DNA of 63,500 nucleotides, counting the filler, from Octopus bimaculoides (Eukaryota), in NCBI RefSeq assembly GCF_001194135.2. It is 10 parts of 8 records of this genome, joined end to end, with 100 filler letters (N's around TTAATTAATTAA, not from the genome) between each part and the next. Parts side by side here need not be neighbours in the genome. Positions count along the whole stretch, not along the records: positions 44,150 to 54,722 come from NC_068987.1; positions 54,823 to 58,437 come from NW_026386737.1; positions 58,538 to 60,863 come from NC_068988.1; positions 60,964 to 63,500 come from NC_068988.1; 6 more parts are not named here. One strand, written 5' to 3'. This document shows, one piece after another, positions 53,577-63,500 of the stretch. The notes below the pieces were generated by a model, which was given only the letters and a program-made list of their open reading frames with translations, had not been told where the DNA came from and ran no database searches. The number at the start of each line of letters is the position of its first letter. Within the stretch, counting starts at the first letter, position 1. A program made the position numbers and the translations under genes.

Positions 53577-54399
53577 TTGACGACACGTAGATGTAAGGGA
53601 AATAATTTTGATTGCATACAGAGTCACCGGATGTTATGAAAATCAAACCGGTAAGTTGTGTTGTTTGTCGGACACTTTCTCTTTCAGAAAGTCACTTTTA
53701 GTGATTATATAATTCACACAGGCATATATATGTATATGTTCTATGTGCGGGGATTGTTTTTCCATTTTAAGATTAGCGAGACAGTTAGAAAGTAAGACAA
53801 ATTCATTAATATTTCATTTTGTTTACACCGCTAATCCCTTTGAGAAAAATATTACGCATGGTGTTATTGCAACTTCACACGATATTGAACTGATCCGCAT
53901 TGCGCTTGACTATCTTTACTCTTTAAAGAAAAATAGCAATTATGAAGTAATAAATACCTTTTCTGTGAAAATTATTTTCATTATCTTTACAGACTTGATC
54001 TTTATTTACGGTTTTTATCATTTGACATTTTGGCGGGATCTCATGGCCACGAGATAAATTTCTATTCAATTAAAAATTGGCGCTTTAGTTTCGATTCCTC
54101 GGTAGGAAATACTTGACATTTGTTCGACTAAACTTTTTTGACAGTGACAGAAAGTCCTTGTGTGTAAATTCCTCTTCCTCAGTTTAGTTTTAAAATACAC
54201 CTTGCGGACTCAGGGATGCATTGTCAGTGATGTTTCGAGTGCTTTTACGTCAGCCCCGCTTGCCTAACTGACCCAGCTGAGGTTGATCAAGTCCCAGATT
54301 GCATTCCAATAGCAGGAAACCACTGCTCTGCTCATATCAGATTCGGTCGTTGCGGGACTGAGTTTATAAGGGTGTTCTGACCAAGTTAATCTTCTGTTG

Positions 54400-54660
54400 T
54401 GAGTACACGTGAGGTGGGTGTTGCAATGAGAGGTGGGTACTTCTGCTGAATACTCGAGGTTACCAGTTCGCTCGTCATCAAGAATCTTCTTATTGAAGCT
54501 TAAAGGGTTGCAAATGAAAGCTGCACACTTTTTCTCCCTTTTCTTCTTTATCTGTTGTGTCTTTTTACTCTACGAAGAGCGATCAACTTTTTCATGTGGT
54601 GTCGCAGTTCTACAAGTGGTTCTTCTTCTGCTTTTTGAGGGTCCTCAATTCTTAGCGAAG
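54400..54660 (-). mobile_element. HERO-like (RLE clade) non-LTR fragment, pre-RT region
   Basis: Frameshifted LVELRHHMKKLIALRR and KKREKKCAAFICNPLSFNKKILDDERTGNL resemble the recalled HERO motif RxxF..NPF.F.K..L...RSG.L. Confidence 0.5.
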
Positions 54661-54851
54661 TCTTTTTTTTTTATCCTGGTGGTTCCGCAGTTTTTGTTAT
54701 AGGGGTTTTTATTATCTACTTCNNNNNNNNNNNNNNNNNNNNNNNNNNNNNNNNNNNNNNNNNNNNTTAATTAATTAANNNNNNNNNNNNNNNNNNNNNN
54801 NNNNNNNNNNNNNNNNNNNNNNATATATATATATATATATATATATATATA

Positions 54852-55012
54852 CGACGGGCTTCTTCCAGTTTCCCTCTACCAAATCCACTCACAAGGCTTT
54901 GGTCGGCCCAAGGCTATAGTAGAAGACACTTGTCCAAGGTGCCACGCAGTGAGAATGAACCCGGTACCATGTGTTTGGTAAGCAAGCTACTTACCACAGC
55001 CACTCCTGCGCC
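54852..55012 (-). mobile_element. SINE family A copy
   Basis: Near-identical to 12600-12762. Confidence 0.85.
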
Positions 55013-55036
55013 TATACTGCTCTCAGTCCACAGACA

Positions 55037-55198
55037 GCGGCCATACTGGGGCACCACCTTGAAGAATTTTTAGTCGAATGGATTGACGCCCAGTACTTCC
55101 TTCTTTTAGGATTGATACTTCGCTCTCTATTACGGAACCGCTAAGTTATGAGGACGTAAACACACCAACACCTGTTGTCAAGCGGCGGTAGGGACACA
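55037..55198 (-). mobile_element. SINE family A 3' module
   Basis: Reverse complement of the module at 43640-43810. Confidence 0.7.
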
Positions 55199-55218
55199 AA
55201 CTAAAGTACGCACAGACA

Positions 55219-55382
55219 GGCGCAAGTGTGGTTGTGTAGTCAGAAGTTTGTTTCTCAACCACATGGTTCCGGGTTCAGTCCCACTGCGTGGCACCTAGGG
55301 CACGTATCTTTTGGTATAGCCTTGGGGCAACCAAATTCTTCTAACTGGATTTGGTAAATGGAAACTGGGAGAAGCCCGTCGT
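55219..55382 (+). mobile_element. SINE family A copy
   Basis: ggcgcaagtgtggttgtgtagt..ggttccgggttcagtcccactgcgtggc. Confidence 0.8.
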
Positions 55383-56786
55383 ATATATATATATACAATA
55401 TATATACATATATATATATACATANNNNNNNNNNNNNNNNNNNNNNNNNNNNNNNNNNNNNNNNNNNNNNNNNNNNNNNNNNNNNNNNNNNNNNNNNNNN
55501 NNNNNNNNNNNNNNNNNNNNNNNNNNNNNNNNNNNNNNNNNNNNNNNNNNNNNNNNNNNNNNNNNNNNNNNNNNNNNNNNNNNNNNNNNNNNNNNNNNNN
55601 NNNNNNNNNNNNNNNNNNNNNNNNNNNNNNNNNNNNNNNNNNNNNNNNNNNNNNNNNNNNNNNNNNNNNNNNNNNNNNNNNNNNNNNNNNNNNNNNNNNN
55701 NNNNNNNNNNNNNNNNNNNNNNNNNNNNNNNNNNNNNNNNNNNNNNNNNNNNNNNNNNNNNNNNNNNNNNNNNNNNNNNNNNNNNNNNNNNNNNNNNNNN
55801 NNNNNNNNNNNNNNNNNNNNNNNNNNNNNNNNNNNNNNNNNNNNNNNNNNNNNNNNNNNNNNNNNNNNNNNNNNNNNNNNNNNNNNNNNNNNNNNNNNNN
55901 NNNNNNNNNNNNNNNNNNNNNNNNNNNNNNNNNNNNNNNNNNNNNNNNNNNNNNNNNNNNNNNNNNNNNNNNNNNNNNNNNNNNNNNNNNNNNNNNNNNN
56001 NNNNNNNNNNNNNNNNNNNNNNNNNNNNNNNNNNNNNNNNNNNNNNNNNNNNNNNNNNNNNNNNNNNNNNNNNNNNNNNNNNNNNNNNNNNNNNNNNNNN
56101 NNNNNNNNNNNNNNNNNNNNNNNNNNNNNNNNNNNNNNNNNNNNNNNNNNNNNNNNNNNNNNNNNNNNNNNNNNNNNNNNNNNNNNNNNNNNNNNNNNNN
56201 NNNNNNNNNNNNNNNNNNNNNNNNNNNNNNNNNNNNNNNNNNNNNNNNNNNNNNNNNNNNNNNNNTATATATATATATATATATATGTATGTATATATAT
56301 GTATATATATACATATACGTGAAGTATATTTGCCACTTAAATGTGTGTCTGTGAGTATTTCCGGGGTCAACTTTGCCTTATATCGTTCTGATTTCGCCCT
56401 CCTTTGGCCGGGAAGGACAGGCAGTTGCAGTCTTCTTCTGCTGTAGCGGACGAGGTCAAATGGATTGAGGAAAGACACTTTTCTCTTCGATCAAGCCCTG
56501 CTTAAATACCCACTAAGTTTAGCAGTGTAACGCTATTGTATAAACTAATTTACATATTAAACACATCCCTGGCAACTGGTGTGTGAATATTTATTCCTAG
56601 CAAGGACACAGTGTTCGGCTTTGCAATTGTAATATACCGCCTAGAATGATTAAAGACTTACAAATCAATACTGTCTCTTACTTTTGCATGAAACGTATGA
56701 CGTTCCCATTTTAAAGTTTATCTCAAAAGATTTTCGACAGAGGTCAGAAATCAGAAAACGTGCAGAGATAAACTTATATACATACA

Positions 56787-56820
<34 letters not shown>

Positions 56821-56837
56821 CATACATACAAACAGGA

Positions 56838-57053
56838 GGGGGGTGTTGAAAATTTCATGGCTCCAGGTAAAAGAAAATAGAGGAAGATTAGTTAATTATG
56901 ATTTTATGCAACATGTTCCTCTCTCAGATTCACACTGTTATTACAGCGGTCCTTCAGTTTTTCCAAGCCCTGTGAAAGAATTCGATAGGTTGGGTCTCCA
57001 ACCAGGCCTTTTGCGATACCCTTAAAGATAGGAACTTTTCAGCATCGCCTCGT
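56838..57053. mobile_element. Second copy of the mariner-derived MITE
   Basis: gagggggtgttgaaaatttcatggct ... aggaacttttcagcatcgcctcgTA; internal sequence aligns to 7612-7829. Confidence 0.7.
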
Positions 57054-57114
57054 ATGTATGTATGTATGTATGTATGTATGTATGTATGTATGCATGCATG
57101 TATGTATGTATGTA

Positions 57115-57165
<51 letters not shown>

Positions 57166-57472
57166 GTGTGTATGTCTGTATGTATGTATATTGTGTTATG
57201 CTAAGAAGCGGTGCACGGTACCAGAATTTTCGACTCGAGTCAAATATAACAAACTAATGCAAATCGTTGTTAGTGTATCCATGTAGGTGGAGTCGGAACC
57301 GGTAGGTTTGTACTACTGGAATCGAGTTGTATAAGTTGTAATAATTAAGGCAAACTAAAATGTGATATTTTGAAATCATTTAATACGCGCATTTCAGATT
57401 ATATAATAGGAAACGCATCCATTGCGTAAGATCATCCTCATACAACTTTTACACACACAAACACACACACAC

Positions 57473-57531
<59 letters not shown>

Positions 57532-57649
57532 CAGACTTTTATTTTTATATATACTGGTTTCAGCCTCGGACTGTGGCCTTGGTGGGGCACTATCTTTATT
57601 GCTATTAGTTTTTATTTCTCACTCACTTCTCGGCCCTTTCGCTAGAACT

Positions 57650-57775
57650 GCTTCTGGTGACGTAGAGAGTTGAACAGAGCTGCTCCTCTTTGTGTATGCT
57701 GCCGTGGTGTGGCTTCATCTAGTACCTTAAAAAAAAATTGTTCAAATGTTCTTTGAAAGCATCCATATTTACACA
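57650..57775 (-). mobile_element. CR1-like LINE 3' end fragment
   Basis: rc encodes CVNMDAFKEHLNNFF..VLDEATPRQHTQRGAALFNSL, a CR1-type FK..LD.FL..VPDEP..AA.SNSL terminus. Confidence 0.55.
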
Positions 57776-57782
57776 TTGCGGA

Positions 57783-57905
57783 GGACAGCAAGCTGGCAGA
57801 ATCGTTAGCACGCCAGCACGACTATTTTTTCGTTCTGAGTTCAAATTATGCCGAGGTCGACTTTGCCTTTTATCCTTTCGGGATTGCTGGACTTGTGGCA
57901 AAATT
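57783..57905 (+). mobile_element. SINE family B copy, internally deleted
   Basis: gctggcagaatcgttagcacgcc..gttctgagttcaaattatgccgaggtcgactttgcc. Confidence 0.8.
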
Positions 57906-58019
57906 CGAAACTAATATTTACGCCTCGCAGATCTCTGAGGTCGTATGACAGAGTGTTGAATGAAAAGTTGTGGACTTTTGAGAACCTAAGCTGTTACCGC
58001 GTTGGGTCCTTATTCTAAA

Positions 58020-58378
58020 TCAGTGAGTCTCCACAGGGGTTCATATGTTTCTTGAGGATCCATATAAGATTTTTGGTGTTCCAAAACAATAAATTAGAGA
58101 TCCACAACAGTAATTTAAAGGCCTTTGAAAAAAATTTGCTTTAGATCTGTGCATTGGTATGTATTGCAAGAAACAGCTAGGTTTCTTTCTCTAATGTTTT
58201 ACAGAGTTCAGCCTACGCAAGTTAATGTGTGAAAAAGAAAAAAAAAAAAGGAATTTTGAAAGAAGTTTCTATAAGACTAGTTTTTAAACATCAAACCGAT
58301 ATAAGAGTCCACCAGAATAGAACTGTAATCAAAGGAAGGGTCCATAGATTAAAAAAAAATGGTTGAGAACCATTCTCT
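58020..58378 (+). mobile_element. hAT/Charlie-like MITE
   Basis: Ends aaaaatggttgagaacc, a hAT-type terminus; aligns to 25600-25912. Confidence 0.55.
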
Positions 58379-58544
58379 ACATGGAGCGGGATCTAACTTA
58401 TTTGTATGTGCATGTACACACACACAAACACACACACNNNNNNNNNNNNNNNNNNNNNNNNNNNNNNNNNNNNNNNNNNNNTTAATTAATTAANNNNNNN
58501 NNNNNNNNNNNNNNNNNNNNNNNNNNNNNNNNNNNNNATATATA

Positions 58545-58842
<298 letters not shown>

Positions 58843-58954
58843 TAGTTTGCATACGTATATATAATGCATATATAAATGGTATTATGAAAGCATATATATT
58901 AATATATACATATATTTATGAATATTCATATATATGTACGCATGCATGCCGATA

Positions 58955-59007
<53 letters not shown>

Positions 59008-59729
59008 ATGGGTATCTATGTATGTGTGTATGTGTGTATTTGTGCGTGTGTGTGTATGTGCCTGTATGCATGTTTGTAACTGAGTTACAGAGGTGTAATT
59101 TTAAAATTGCCATATATAGCTAACAGTGGAATCATTTAAATAAAAGCAAATCTCTTGCTGAGCGAATACTAACAAAGAATATGATTAACATCAACACAAT
59201 CTCCCACACAGACACAAACATACGGCGGCATGTTTTATATAGGTCCATAAACGAAGGGGAAAATTAATCTACGGCATTCACCGGGTTCTTTTTCAAGGGC
59301 GTTCAAATATTTTGTCGGGCGTATTCTCAGAATAATTAAGACAACTAAATCAGATGTACTTTAAAGAAACATATTTTCGTATAATGCCGACTACATTATT
59401 GAGAAGTCTTACCGACAAGATAGAATTTGAATGATGAAATGCCTAATATGTGTATGTATTGGTTTTCGAAGGAATTTTGCCTTAGTTTGACTGTTGGGCA
59501 CAAAGCCAATTTTGTACTTTAAAAAATTATATATTTATTTTAGTAAAGAGCGAAAATATTGCTAATAGTTATTTAATTATTTCTGGTGAGAGAAAGAAAC
59601 AGATTAAAACAAAGTTCGTTACTAATTTGTGCGTTGATCACAAAACATGTATGTATGTATGTATGTATGTATGTATGTATGTATGTATGTATGTATGTAT
59701 GCATGTTCTATTTTGTAATTATTATAAAT

Positions 59730-59965
59730 TTTCCACTGAGGAGGGAGTCGGTTTCCAACAAAGATACAAGGCTCCATCTTTGGGATGTTGTTAAATTAGA
59801 CAAATTCACATTTGGAATTTGAGAAAAGTCTTGCATATTTTTACTGTTCCACTCACAGATTGCACTTGTAATGTATGAATTAGCCGCCCGATTTCTCTTT
59901 CTGAAAATCCCAGTTTATCCAGTTTCTCCTTTAAACATTTTCTAACAAAACCTAGTGCTTCAGTT
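59730..59965 (-). mobile_element. C-terminal end of an RLE-type non-LTR element
   Basis: ALGFVRKCLKEKLDKLGFSEREIGRLIHTLQVQSVSGTVKICKTFLKFQM*, a typical G-ALG..LG..I..LQ..GT.KI terminus. Confidence 0.55.
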
Positions 59966-60305
59966 CCTTTGCGTGGCAGCTTGAGCAAGTGTCATCAGCT
60001 ATAACCCCCAAACCAACCAAAGACTTTTGAGTGAATTTCGAAGACGGAAACTAAAAGAAGCCATTCGTATATATGTATGCATATGTGTGTGTGTTTGAGT
60101 TTGTACCCCTCCACTGCTTGGCAACCGGTGTTGTTTGTTTATGTTCCAGTAGCATAGCGATTCGGCAAAAGAGCCGATAGAAGACCTAGCGGGGTTAAAA
60201 AATAATAAATACTGGGATCGATTCGTATGACTAAAATAAAAAAAAAACCTTCTAGGCGATGCATGGCCTCAGTCCAATGAATGACTCAAGTAAAAGATAA
60301 AAAGA
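59959..60305 (+). mobile_element. SINE family A, 5'-truncated, with 3' module
   Basis: Aligns to 43490-43832. Confidence 0.75.
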
Positions 60306-60386
60306 ATATGTTAATTACTGTTCAGTGCAATTACCTGTAAATTAGTAAATGCGAGAGAGTATGAATATTAATCTAAATTTGCTTAC

Positions 60387-60440
60387 CTTTAATCCAGGAT
60401 CACCAGGTGTACCTGAGTAGCCTCGTTGTCCATTTCGACC
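60387..60440 (-). CDS. Internal exon of a collagen gene (triple-helical Gly-X-Y x6, 54 bp, phase 0/0)
   Basis: Minus strand reads ttttcttttattccaaatag|GGT CGA AAT GGA CAA CGA GGC TAC TCA GGT ACA CCT GGT GAT CCT GGA TTA AAG|gtaagc = GRNGQRGYSGTPGDPGLK. Gly at every third residue, canonical acceptor and donor, exactly 54 bp. Confidence 0.92.
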
Positions 60441-60565
60441 CTATTTGGAATAAAAGAAAAAAATTAATTAAAAAGTCAGCCATTGCATAGTAGGGAGTCA
60501 GAGAAAATGGTATTTAAATGGTTTCTATTCATGGAATGTAACATTGGTAAATAATATTTATATTA

Positions 60566-60662
60566 GGTACGTGAGTGGCTGTGTGGTAAGAAGTTTGTTT
60601 CACAACCACAGGGTTCCGGGTTCCCTCTCTCTGCGTGGCACATTGGACAAGTGTCTTCTACT
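60566..60662 (+). mobile_element. SINE family A head
   Basis: gagtggctgtgtggtaagaagtttg..ggttccgggttc..gcgtggcac..caagtgtcttctac. Confidence 0.8.
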
Positions 60663-60754
60663 TTTGTTGAAATTTACAGAAAAACAAAAAACGAAGACAG
60701 GTGTATAAACAACAAACAGGTGTATTAGCTTAACGCTCGGGAAGGTGAGAAAGT

Positions 60755-60790
60755 CTTTTACGTTTCGAGCCTACGCTCTTCAGCAGAAAG
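60755..60790 (-). ncRNA. Minimal hammerhead motif (A6C core variant) inside a Penelope-like repeat (~60690-60863)
   Basis: rc = cttt-CTGCTGA-a-gagc(gtag)gctc-GAAA-cg-TA-aaag. Perfect 4-bp helices I and II, palindromic ACGT, GUA triplet; core deviates at position 6. Confidence 0.5.
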
Positions 60791-60963
60791 GAACACGAGA
60801 AAATAAACAGAGAGATAATAAAACAAACTTTAGAAGCTAGGGGTCAATCATAGCGGTTGGCTGNNNNNNNNNNNNNNNNNNNNNNNNNNNNNNNNNNNNN
60901 NNNNNNNTTAATTAATTAANNNNNNNNNNNNNNNNNNNNNNNNNNNNNNNNNNNNNNNNNNNN

Positions 60964-61041
<78 letters not shown>

Positions 61042-61595
61042 CATGCATGCATATATAGATATACACATACATACATATATAAATATATAGATTCATTCAT
61101 ACATACATACATGCATACATACATACATACGAACATACATACAAACATACATAGTGATCGGATACAAAGATGTAAATGTATAAGCATATTTATATTGGAG
61201 ATTTGTAATCGTGAGTGGAATGGGAAACTCCGTAACCATCTCTGTCACGCCGATTCTGCCAGAATTGAATTAAGGATGCACCACGTGTCCAAGAACTACA
61301 TCACTACATACACGGTACTTCAACGAGCAGGTGATCGTAGTGACCGATGACGTTGACGTTGACAGAGATCCAATTCCTTCGTACATGCGTATGTCCATAC
61401 GTATATAAATACATACATGCACACATACATACATACATGCACACATGCATACATACATACATACATACATATACGCTTGTATTTGTTATATTCATATAGG
61501 AGGCACACAAGTAAATACTTAAGCATATAAATTGATACACGCATATATGTAAACACACACGCAGAAATGTATATATATATATATACATATATACT

Positions 61596-61665
<70 letters not shown>

Positions 61666-62757
61666 NNNNNNNNNNNNNNNNNNNNNNNNNNNNNNNNNNN
61701 NNNNNNNNNNNNNNNNNNNNNNNNNNNNNNNNNNNNNNNNNNNNNNNNNNNNNNNNNNNNNNNNNNNNNNNNNNNNNNNNNNNNNNNNNNNNNNNNNNNN
61801 NNNNNNNNNNNNNNNNNNNNNNNNNNNNNNNNNNNNNNNNNNNNNNNNNNNNNNNNNNNNNNNNNNNNNNNNNNNNNNNNNNNNNNNNNNNNNNNNNNNN
61901 NNNNNNNNNNNNNNNNNNNNNNNNNNNNNNNNNNNNNNNNNNNNNNNNNNNNNNNNNNNNNNNNNNNNNNNNNNNNNNNNNNNNNNNNNNNNNNNNNNNN
62001 NNNNNNNNNNNNNNNNNNNNNNNNNNNNNNNNNNNNNNNNNNNNNNNNNNNNNNNNNNNNNNNNNNNNNNNNNNNNNNNNNNNNNNNNNNNNNNNNNNNN
62101 NNNNNNNNNNNNNNNNNNNNNNNNNNNNNNNNNNNNNNNNNNNNNNNNNNNNNNNNNNNNNNNNNNNNNNNNNNNNNNNNNNNNNNNNNNNNNNNNNNNN
62201 NNNNNNNNNNNNNNNNNNNNNNNNNNNNNNNNNNNNNNNNNNNNNNNNNNNNNNNNNNNNNNNNNNNNNNNNNNNNNNNNNNNNNNNNNNNNNNNNNNNN
62301 NNNNNNNNNNNNNNNNNNNNNNNNNNNNNNNNNNNNNNNNNNNNNNNNNNNNNNNNNNNNNNNNNNNNNNNNNNNNNNNNNNNNNNNNNNNNNNNATATA
62401 TATATATATCAAATACACATATATGTATACACACACGTATGTATAGTGTACTTTGTGTGTGTATGTGTGTGCGGGTCCATGAATGAACGTATGTCTACCT
62501 TTGTATATCAAATTGATCTTTATACATGAAATACCCTTAATCTGAAACCCACTTATGACATATGTAAAACTCTTATCCTTTGAATAACTTTGTGACTTTT
62601 TGTTTCCTGTTTTTATTACCATATCTACAATCACACCCACACACACACCCACACACAATCATGCACATGTAAGTATGTATATTTGTACTAATATGTATGC
62701 CTGCATGTGCAGGTATGTGCACGCGCGTGTGTCTATACGTGCAATGAACACTCACAC

Positions 62758-62791
<34 letters not shown>

Positions 62792-63188
62792 ATATATATA
62801 TATATTTATATATCTATATATATATATGTGTATATGGATATACATGTATATGCATATATATGTATACACACACGTACATCCATAAACCCACACACATTCA
62901 CACGCACGTTTTATGTATCTATATGTAGAAACAAATGATTGTTCTTATACTTATCTATACACACCTATGTGCTTACATGCGTATATAAAAACATGCATAA
63001 ATAAATACATATATATATATATACATGCATACATACATACATACATACATGCATACGTACAATAGATACGATAAAACACACAGGCACACACACATATATA
63101 GCAATCGATAGATATATAGGTAGATGGATAAATAGGTTGATAGACACGTACCTAAAAAAGTATATAGATAGATTGTTAAAGTGACAGC

Positions 63189-63273
<85 letters not shown>

Positions 63274-63274
63274 G

Positions 63275-63321
<47 letters not shown>

Positions 63322-63500
63322 GGATGGATAGACAGACCACTAGAAAGCCTTAAATATTATTGACCGGATATTGCCTGTGTGTTTATATGGAACAGCTTGT
63401 TTTGACACTCATTTCTCACACACATAACTGATGCACACACTCATAGAAATAAACCCATATTGAATAAAACAGAGAAAGAGAAGGGAAAGAGAGACAGAGA

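Noticed and set aside
53622-53650. 29-nt plus-strand segment between cag and gtaagt
   Set aside because: Weak pyrimidine tract, not frame-preserving, and no partner exon.
56375-56430. Minus-strand PGQRRAKSERYK, superficially collagen-like
   Set aside because: Only one Gly is in register, and there are no matching splice sites.
61200-61380. GC-richer unique island with open frames
   Set aside because: No recognisable motif or splice sites; probably an unidentified repeat fragment.

Overview
AT-rich, gap-riddled animal genomic DNA that is almost entirely repeats. The source is most likely a coleoid cephalopod (Octopus-like), inferred from its tRNA-derived SINE families and extreme microsatellite load; this is not proven. 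The only well-supported host coding sequence is one 54-bp, phase-0 Gly-X-Y collagen exon on the minus strand (60387-60440, GRNGQRGYSGTPGDPGLK). No other collagen exon was found, so most of the window is probably one very large intron, unless exons are hidden in N gaps. The remainder contains four tRNA-headed SINE families (about 30 copies), a full-length decayed Hsmar1-like mariner, a Tigger-like remnant, several MITEs, and fragments of R4/Dong-, CRE-, HERO-, CR1- and Penelope-like retroelements. The most interesting signal is a set of minimal, Penelope-type hammerhead-ribozyme motifs from three unrelated repeat families. One of them lies in a TSD-flanked fold-back element that joins a tRNA-like Pol III head to a hammerhead. 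Nearly all ORFs in the supplied track are microsatellite or gap artefacts. All family assignments come from reading motifs by eye and from memory of the families; no database search was run.
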